Assembly (NCBI GenBank): GCA_051874735.1
Contig: JBJEGD010000041.1
Span: 1-27,540, forward strand
Source: Candidatus Bruticola sp.
Lineage (GTDB): Bacteria; Vulcanimicrobiota; Xenobia; Xenobiales; Xenobiaceae
DNA: 27,540 nt
Direction of reading: 5' to 3'
Positions 9,651-16,741 of this stretch are shown piece by piece. The translations under genes were made by a program, and so were the position numbers. Position 1 is the stretch's first letter; each line of letters starts with the position of its first letter. The notes under the pieces were generated by a model that was given only the letters and a program-made list of their open reading frames with translations, was not told where the DNA came from and ran no database searches.

Positions 9651-10421
9651 TTAAACAGATTGGAAGCCGTTTTCTCTATTGCCAAAAATAGCTCTGCCTA
9701 CCCTTACAAAAGTAGCTCCTTCTTCAATAGCTATTCTGTAATTGCAGCTCATTCCCATTGACAGTTCCTGACCATCCCAAAAAGAATACCTGCGAGCTAA
9801 CACTTCCTGAAGCAGTTCCCGCATACAGCGAAAATAAGGACGACTGCCTTCAGAATCAGAAGTTGGCGGAGGAATAGTCATCAATCCCACCAAACGAAGA
9901 TGTTTAGGCTCATAAGACTTCAAATCGTCTAACAAAGCAAAAAGATTTTCAGGATCGACGCCACTCTTTGTAGCCTCCCGACCTAAACGGATCTGAATAA
10001 GTCCGGAAATAACACGGCCACGTTCTGCACATCGCCTATCAATGTGCTTAATAATATCAGCTGAATCTAGAGAGTGGATAACGGCTGCCAGATCCGCAGC
10101 AGCATTTGCCTTGTTTTTCTGGATATGGCCTATCAAATGCCAATTAACTGAGGGAAGCTGCTCCGCTTTAACTTTAGCTTCCTGTATATAGTTTTCTCCA
10201 AAATCACGCAGCCCTAAACGAGCGGCTAATTCCAAAACCTTGAGAGGCTTTGTTTTTGAGACCCCAATCAGCACAACTGAATTGGGGTCTCTGCCGCATG
10301 ATAGACAAGCACACCTAATAGAATCGCGCACTTGAACCAAACGGGCGCGCAGAATTTCGGGTGAGAAATCAGCTTCTGCCACAGAAATTTCTGAATTCAA
10401 GACTCCGAATCTGCCGTCCAT
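9651..10421 (-). CDS. yggS: PLP homeostasis protein YggS/PLPBP
   Basis: GVSKTKP (PLP Lys), FGENYIQE, WHLIGHIQKNK, LSMGMS, GATFVRVGRAIFG. Confidence 0.95.
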   Translation of the reverse strand: MDGRFGVLNSEISVAEADFSPEILRARLVQVRDSIRCACLSCGRDPNSVVLIGVSKTKPLKVLELAARLGLRDFGENYIQEAKVKAEQLPSVNWHLIGHIQKNKANAAADLAAVIHSLDSADIIKHIDRRCAERGRVISGLIQIRLGREATKSGVDPENLFALLDDLKSYEPKHLRLVGLMTIPPPTSDSEGSRPYFRCMRELLQEVLARRYSFWDGQELSMGMSCNYRIAIEEGATFVRVGRAIFGNRENGFQSV

Positions 10422-10425
10422 ACTT

Positions 10426-12633
10426 TTATAACCAGTTCATGATAGTATCGTTGTCGCTAATTTCCGAGTTATTCTGTTCTTGCAGATGGATTTCAGTATC
10501 CACAACAGGGAAATCTTGTACAGCAGTCTCTTCATGGAACTGCTCTTCGTCTTTAGAAATTAAACCACGGGAATAAAGAGCACCCATGGACTGGTTAAAG
10601 CTCTGCATACCTTCAACAGCACCCTGCTGCAAGTAAGCGGCTAAGCCGTCCAAATTATCGTTCAAAATCGAATCAGAGACGGCCATATCCACTACCAGAA
10701 CTTCAACTGCAGGTACACGTCCCTTATCATCTGATCGGGCAATGAGTTTCTGAGATATCACACCACGCAGACAACTGGCCAAGAGCAAGCGGAACTGCCT
10801 CTGAGTTTCTCCGGTAAAGGTTGACAACATACGGCGCACCGCCTGAACGGTATCAGGCATATTCATAGCTGCCACTACCAAATACCCTTTCTCAGCTGCA
10901 GTTGTAGCAGTCATCAAGGTATCTGCATCTTTGATGTCACTGATAACTAAAACATCGGGATCCTGACGCATAGCCATATTGATAGCGTCATTGAAACTTT
11001 GGGTATCAGTACCAACTTCACGCTGAGTAATTAAAGAATTGACCGTCTTGTGATAATACTCTATGGGGTCTTCTACCGTTACGATATGGCATTTACGGTT
11101 ATTGTTAATATAATCAACAATTGAGGCCATAGTAGTAGACTTACCAGAGCCTGTGGGACCAGTAATGATAATCAGACCGCTTTGGTACAGGGAAAGCTTC
11201 TTCAGAATTGGAGGCAACCCTAATACGTCGAAATCTAATACATCAGTGCGCTGCATATGGAAATTAGCACTTAAATTGCCTCTCTCCAAGAAAGCGTTGA
11301 CGATAAAACGGGTTCCATCAGAAGCGACATGAGCGAAGGAAACTTCATGCCCTTTCCTGACTTCTCTCCTCTGTTCACGAGTCATGGCAGGGTAGACCAA
11401 GGCCTTAGTATCATCTTGAGCCAACTTAGTATCGCCGACAGGAACAAGATCGCCACTCAAACGAACAGTAGGAGTATTACCTACCTGCAGGTGCAAATCT
11501 GAAGCCCGATGGCTGATCACAACCTGGAGAATATCATCGAGATCGTAGCCAAGATTTTCAGTAATAGCAGGGATAGCTTCATCTTCTTCAACAGGCTCAG
11601 CTACAGTCTTAGGAGCGACAGTACCGACAGAAGCAGCAGCACTAGCAGCCTGAGCTACAGTAGCAGCAATCTGAGGAGCAGCTTCCACTGCACTAGCTGC
11701 GGCCACAGTAACAGCTTCAGCACTCTTGCCGATATCGCGCACACGCTCATCAAGCTGTTCAACTAGACGCATGGCCATTTTAATAGCACTCAAATGCTTG
11801 TCTATTTCACTCTGAGATTCTTCAGCCTTAGCTATAGCATCTTCAAATTTCGGAGCATATCCTTCAAGCTTGCTCTGCAGAGCTTCTACGCCATCACTAA
11901 CAGCTTTAAGCTTATCCGCAGCCTGATCAGCGCCGTTCAAAGACTCACGTAAAGAATCGAGAGAAGATTTGAGCTCAGCGACTTCGAGCTTAAGTGAATC
12001 TATATTTTCCTCGACTTTCTCTTCGAGAGCAGTCGATTTCTTTTCAGTCTCACTGTTAAGCTCTTCTTTTAATAGATCAAAACTGGTTTTCAATTCGATC
12101 GATTCAGTCTTGATGCGCTCTTCCATAGCCTCAGCGGCGGCGAGCTGCTCTAATTTGTAGTTCTCAAAATCTTCATTTCTAGTAAAGGTTGAAGCTTGGC
12201 TAACCTCTTCTTTAAGGGCATCGAGACGCTCACCAAAAGAAACTTCTAAAGCAGCTAACTTCTCTGCTGCACCACTGCTGACAGCACCTAAATTATCTAA
12301 TTCAGTACGGACAGCCTCATTATTGGCAGCGAACTCATTGCTTTTAGCCTCCAAAGCCTCTTCAACGACCTTGAAACGCTCCCCCATTTCATCGAGAGAG
12401 CCTTGCACTTGAGCTAAGTCTTCAGCCGAAGCTCCTTCAGCTATTTCATCAAAGTCCGCTGAGAGACGTTCGAAGCGACCACTTAGTTTCAAAATTTCTT
12501 TACTAGTTGTATCGCCTACTAAGGAAATATCTTCCAGTCCGGCCTCTAACCTAGAGAGGCGGCCTTCTACTGACATATCAACATTGCTATCTAATAAATC
12601 GCTATCTGATTTGCTACGAGGTCTTCTGGCCAA
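10426..12633 (-). CDS. PilT/PilU-like ATPase domain (degenerate) fused to a long N-terminal coiled coil
   Basis: C-terminal half: ASDLHL, GPTGSGKST, TVEDPIEY, QREVGTDT, RQDPDV, GMQSFNQ. N-terminal ~300 aa is Glu/Leu/Lys/Ala heptad-like, followed by an Ala-rich linker. TTG start behind GGAAGGA RBS. Confidence 0.85.
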   Translation of the reverse strand: MARRPRSKSDSDLLDSNVDMSVEGRLSRLEAGLEDISLVGDTTSKEILKLSGRFERLSADFDEIAEGASAEDLAQVQGSLDEMGERFKVVEEALEAKSNEFAANNEAVRTELDNLGAVSSGAAEKLAALEVSFGERLDALKEEVSQASTFTRNEDFENYKLEQLAAAEAMEERIKTESIELKTSFDLLKEELNSETEKKSTALEEKVEENIDSLKLEVAELKSSLDSLRESLNGADQAADKLKAVSDGVEALQSKLEGYAPKFEDAIAKAEESQSEIDKHLSAIKMAMRLVEQLDERVRDIGKSAEAVTVAAASAVEAAPQIAATVAQAASAAASVGTVAPKTVAEPVEEDEAIPAITENLGYDLDDILQVVISHRASDLHLQVGNTPTVRLSGDLVPVGDTKLAQDDTKALVYPAMTREQRREVRKGHEVSFAHVASDGTRFIVNAFLERGNLSANFHMQRTDVLDFDVLGLPPILKKLSLYQSGLIIITGPTGSGKSTTMASIVDYINNNRKCHIVTVEDPIEYYHKTVNSLITQREVGTDTQSFNDAINMAMRQDPDVLVISDIKDADTLMTATTAAEKGYLVVAAMNMPDTVQAVRRMLSTFTGETQRQFRLLLASCLRGVISQKLIARSDDKGRVPAVEVLVVDMAVSDSILNDNLDGLAAYLQQGAVEGMQSFNQSMGALYSRGLISKDEEQFHEETAVQDFPVVDTEIHLQEQNNSEISDNDTIMNWL

Positions 12634-12760
12634 AGCTTAATTCCTTCCATCCCTTGAGATTGCAGGCGAAACGTTCTGTAAATTTCAACTCTTTACCTGC
12701 AGAATATACCCTGCTTTAAATGCATTAAAACTTGTCTTATACGGCAGTTAAAGTACAGTG

Positions 12761-14338
12761 CTATTCCAAGACGCCTACAGCCTCCTCAACCTCATGAAGG
12801 ATAGAACCGCTGCTAATCAGTTGACGGGCAAATTCAATGTCACGGTACGGCGGACGATCAAACTCTAAAGGAGCCACTACTTGACGCACGGCGCGAAAAG
12901 CCGCTTCTGTGCCGGGGCCAAAACTGATAGGACGGCGTTCTTCTAAGGCCTGAGCCGCACAAATGAGTTCACAAGCCAGAATAGTTTCCAAATTATCAAC
13001 TATTTTGGTTAATTTATGAGCAGATGTAGGCCCATGACTGTTATGATCTTCTTGACCTCCTGAAGTAGGCACAGTATCAACACTAGCCGGATGGGCCAAC
13101 ACTTTATTTTCATTAACTAAAGAAGCAGCCGCATATTGAACTATCATATACCCAGATTCAACACCTGGAGCAGAAGCCAAAAACGCCGTTAAATGATCGG
13201 TACCGCAAACTAATTTGTCGCAGCGACGCTCGGAGATAGTACCAATCGGACACATGGCGATACAAGCAGTATCTAAAGCCATTGCTAAGGGGGCACCGTG
13301 GAAATTTCCAGCACTTAGAATCAGGCCGTGAGGATGTTCTATTTTATCTTTTTCTTCCAAAAATTCTTCAGGAATAACCAAAGGATTATCAGTGACAGAA
13401 TTCATCTCTCGCTCTAAAACTTCAGAAGCGAAACGCCACCCTTCTCTGGCAGCTCCATGAACCTGAGGCAGACACCGCAGCGAATAAGGATCTTGCACTT
13501 TATCACAATTTTTATGGGAAAGCACTAAGCTGGAGCCCTCAGTGATGCGACGCACGTTGCGGGCTGATTGTGCTTGACCTAAATGAGGGCGCAACTTCCC
13601 GACCATAGGATGCAAATTAGCAACCGTACCTAGCATAGCCTCCACGGTTATAGCTCCAACAATATCGGCTATTTTTAACAGGCGGCCGGCCCTGTTCATA
13701 GCCAAACTGCCCACAGCATTCATAAACTGAGTACCGTTAATTAAAGCCAGACCTTCCTTAGCAGCTAATTGAAAAGGCTTGAGACCAGCTGCAACCATAG
13801 CCTGCGATGCCTCCATTATCTGCCCTCGATATAAAACCTCTCCTTCACCAATTAACCCTAAAGCGACGTGGGATAAAGGAGCGAGATCTCCGCTGGCTCC
13901 TACAGAGCCATGTGAAGGCACTCTAGGCAAGACGCCAGCATTAGACATGTCTATTAAAGCCTGCAGCAGCTCAGGACGACATCCTGAAAACCCCTTAGCC
14001 AAAGCATTAACTCTAAGAGCGATCATAGCTCTGACTACCGCATTGCTGACGTAGTCGCCAACTCCGGAAGAGTGGCTGAGTATTAAATTCCGCTGCAAAT
14101 TACGTAAATTTTCAGGATTAATTTTTACATTAGCTAAACGGCCGAATCCGGTATTAATACCATAAGCCGTATCGCCGCTGTCAATAAGATCTTCCACCAC
14201 TTGGCGAGATTTTTTGAGAGCCGGCCTTACCTTGTCACTCAAAACTAAAGGCGCCCCTAAAGCGGCTCTCTCCACCTGGGCTAGAGTTAAACTTTCCCCA
14301 TCAAGAACTAAAGGCTGATCCAAATCAATCTGCCCCAC
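12761..14338 (-). CDS. hutH: Histidine ammonia-lyase
   Basis: YGINTGFG, LILSH (His-specific SH), GSVGASGDLAPL (MIO-forming ASG), KEGLALING, QDPYSLRC, GNFHG, QEDH. Confidence 0.93.
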   Translation of the reverse strand: MGQIDLDQPLVLDGESLTLAQVERAALGAPLVLSDKVRPALKKSRQVVEDLIDSGDTAYGINTGFGRLANVKINPENLRNLQRNLILSHSSGVGDYVSNAVVRAMIALRVNALAKGFSGCRPELLQALIDMSNAGVLPRVPSHGSVGASGDLAPLSHVALGLIGEGEVLYRGQIMEASQAMVAAGLKPFQLAAKEGLALINGTQFMNAVGSLAMNRAGRLLKIADIVGAITVEAMLGTVANLHPMVGKLRPHLGQAQSARNVRRITEGSSLVLSHKNCDKVQDPYSLRCLPQVHGAAREGWRFASEVLEREMNSVTDNPLVIPEEFLEEKDKIEHPHGLILSAGNFHGAPLAMALDTACIAMCPIGTISERRCDKLVCGTDHLTAFLASAPGVESGYMIVQYAAASLVNENKVLAHPASVDTVPTSGGQEDHNSHGPTSAHKLTKIVDNLETILACELICAAQALEERRPISFGPGTEAAFRAVRQVVAPLEFDRPPYRDIEFARQLISSGSILHEVEEAVGVLE

Positions 14339-14373
14339 TGTGTCACACCTTTCTAAATAGAACTTTTGCCTGT

Positions 14374-15114
14374 TTATTGCAAAAGTTTGACCATCTGCAC
14401 CCGTTCATTCTGATATCCGGCTTCTCGATATAAACTAATAGCGCCGGTATTACAACAGGTTACAGTCAGTCCGATATGCGTCAGTCCTCGCTCTAAAGCA
14501 GAAGCTTCGACAGCTGCAATCAATCGATTGCCCACACCGCGACGACGATATTCAGGTTTTACCGCTAAATCGAAAATCCAGGCTTGCTTTTCTCCTGTTA
14601 AAAAATCGGTCACATCTAGATTAGCTGCGATATGGCCTACAATTTGACCAGCCTTATTTTTAGCCACAAAAACGGTAGCTATTTCCTTAGCTATCTGCCA
14701 GTCCAGATTTCGCATATCTTCTCGCCTAATACGCGCAGCCAAAATAATATTTCTGCGTCGTAAGGGCGACATTGAACTTCCCACCGAAGCTGCGGAAAGA
14801 TCTATGATTTCTGGTAAATCTGATCTCTCAGCTCGGAAAATTTTTATTTCTTCCAGTTCACCGCTTATTGATTCAGTTGTACTGCGCAAGCATTTGCGAT
14901 CGCCCGCCTTAGCCTGGCTTGCCTGAGATTTAAGAGGATAATTTGGAATAAATTCTTTTTTTTTCATTTTGTTTATATCCGACTGCAACCGCACCGCTAA
15001 ATTTTCTTGCTGAACGTTACTTTCAGCAAGAAAATTATAGACGCTTTCATGTGCGGAGGAGCAGACCTCGATCGAGGGATAGGGTAGCTGCTTATTCCCG
15101 AACTCCCTGCTCAC
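14374..15114 (-). CDS. GNAT family N-acetyltransferase with N-terminal extension
   Basis: WIFDLAVKPEYRRRGVGNRLI (acetyl-CoA motif A), LTV..CNTGAISLYREAGY. Start uncertain. Confidence 0.85.
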   Translation of the reverse strand: MSREFGNKQLPYPSIEVCSSAHESVYNFLAESNVQQENLAVRLQSDINKMKKKEFIPNYPLKSQASQAKAGDRKCLRSTTESISGELEEIKIFRAERSDLPEIIDLSAASVGSSMSPLRRRNIILAARIRREDMRNLDWQIAKEIATVFVAKNKAGQIVGHIAANLDVTDFLTGEKQAWIFDLAVKPEYRRRGVGNRLIAAVEASALERGLTHIGLTVTCCNTGAISLYREAGYQNERVQMVKLLQ

Positions 15115-15670
15115 GCTTTATAAATGCATAAGAATCGAACTCGAGATTGCGCCCATTCATTTCATCCTCAAAAGTATTGACTAAGAAATAAAGGCTGCCA
15201 AGCCAACTGCGAATGTCCTCAAAAGCTTTATCAGAAAGGGTTGACTGACCCTTACCGACATGTTCTTGGGCAACGGTCAAATCTTTATAAAGCATGCACC
15301 ACAAAACTGCTATATTGTGATGGTTCCTCTTTAATACTTCATCTTCATAATTGGACAAGGAACGTTGTCCGCCCCGAATTTCTCCCTCAACCGTTTGCCA
15401 AGCTTTAATAACTTTTTCATAGCGTTTATAAAAACGAGTGTCTTCGCTTCTAGAACTGCTGTTGCTTTCCACATTAACTTGCTCGTTAGTGACTTCAGAG
15501 TCATTAGTAGCTGTTTTTCCGGCAGATTTAGGATAAGCTGAAGCCTTAGGATAATACTGACCCGCTTTAGGATAATTCTGGGCCTGAGCTGAATCCGACA
15601 TAAAGCTCAGGGGCACGGCGCAGACACCGGCGAATAAAGCAAGAGCTACAAACTTGCGCATATTGTTCAT
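15092..15670 (-). CDS. Hypothetical secreted protein with three YPK repeats
   Basis: ATG 15670 behind AAGGAG; signal peptide MNNMRKFVALALFAGVCAVPLSFMSDSAQA (AxA); NYPKAGQYYPKASAYPKS. Confidence 0.72.
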   Translation of the reverse strand: MNNMRKFVALALFAGVCAVPLSFMSDSAQAQNYPKAGQYYPKASAYPKSAGKTATNDSEVTNEQVNVESNSSSRSEDTRFYKRYEKVIKAWQTVEGEIRGGQRSLSNYEDEVLKRNHHNIAVLWCMLYKDLTVAQEHVGKGQSTLSDKAFEDIRSWLGSLYFLVNTFEDEMNGRNLEFDSYAFIKREQGVRE

Positions 15671-16016
15671 AAAAGCGTACTCCTTCTCGGGGCGCATTCA
15701 TTTTCAACCTCAGCGGAAAGCGATTTGCAAGCAAGAGATCGGTTAAACCGATGGACTTAAATTTATCCGCAGGTCTTTTAGAATGGACAGCGCCGCCTCC
15801 ATACAGTTTTAAATTGTTCAGGACGGGAAATTCTTCAGCTTTCTCCGTTGGCCTCCCCAACCTGCTAAACAGAATAAGAGTTTGTATATTTGTGCACTTC
15901 AGGACAACCCCTATACAAACTAGATAGACATAGTTATAATTTTTTATCAAATAAAAGACTTATCAGTTGCTCTGCTTAACATGATACATCGAACAAAACT
16001 TACAATCTCCCTAAGT

Positions 16017-16418
16017 TTACTGCAGTAACACCTTGAGAGGCTTGAAATTTAAAGAACGGCGGCGCATTTCCGGCTCTAGTTTTTTAGCAATTCGATAATT
16101 AATACGTTCACATTGTTGAGCCTTTATATGTATATTTTTATCGGGCAAAAGATCTTTTTGGCTGGTCAAACTATGGCAAAACTCAACAGCTTCTACACTG
16201 AGGTTGTAAGTATCTAACAGTTTTTGGTTACTCATAGAACTTATTTTTTCAGGGGTCAGCTCTTTATATCTGTCTTTACCGCACTTAGTAAAACGCTCAA
16301 GGTCTTTTTCTAAATTCCCCTCATTACTCCATACGGGCAAATTAGAACCTATTATCAGCAAAATGACAGAAAATAAAGTTAAGAACAGGGATCTCTTCAA
16401 AAATTTTTTACTGTGCAT
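16017..16418 (-). CDS. Hypothetical secreted protein
   Basis: Basic N-terminus plus hydrophobic signal (SLFLTLFSVILLIIG); GGAG upstream; C-terminal EPEMRRRSLNF resembles the neighbouring gene's C-terminus. Confidence 0.65.
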   Translation of the reverse strand: MHSKKFLKRSLFLTLFSVILLIIGSNLPVWSNEGNLEKDLERFTKCGKDRYKELTPEKISSMSNQKLLDTYNLSVEAVEFCHSLTSQKDLLPDKNIHIKAQQCERINYRIAKKLEPEMRRRSLNFKPLKVLLQ

Positions 16419-16741
16419 GATATTTTTATCGCTCCAAAAGATGTAATTTAAAATAAATGTAATTTACCGGAGCTCCGTCTATGAAACCGACGCCCAGCCA
16501 TTAAGACGGTGGGCGTACCTGACAGGCATATTCCACCGCTCAGAGCATTATTTGCCAATTTTAGGGTTAATACTCCTGTCGTATAACTGCAGGCCGGTAG
16601 CTGATTGACCTAGAAAAATCGCCAGTTGCTACCCGCATAACATATGCGTAAATATTATATAAAAAAGACAAATATTTACAATAATGTCACCAAAACTAGA
16701 CACTTATACTCTTTAATTAGGTAGATGCAGGAGGTTATACA

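Noticed and set aside
12761-14338. PAL/TAL or aminomutase feeding a secondary metabolite pathway
   Set aside because: The specificity residues read SH (LILSH), as in histidine ammonia-lyases.
15567-15950. 127-aa minus-strand ORF
   Set aside because: TTG start without RBS, overlaps the signal-peptide gene by about 100 nt in another frame, no motif.
16419-16741. Riboswitch in the intergenic region (ACGCCCA...TGGGCGT hairpin, ATGTAATTTA direct repeat)
   Set aside because: Could not match it to c-di-GMP, ZTP, fluoride or other known aptamer consensus by eye; an Infernal scan is needed.
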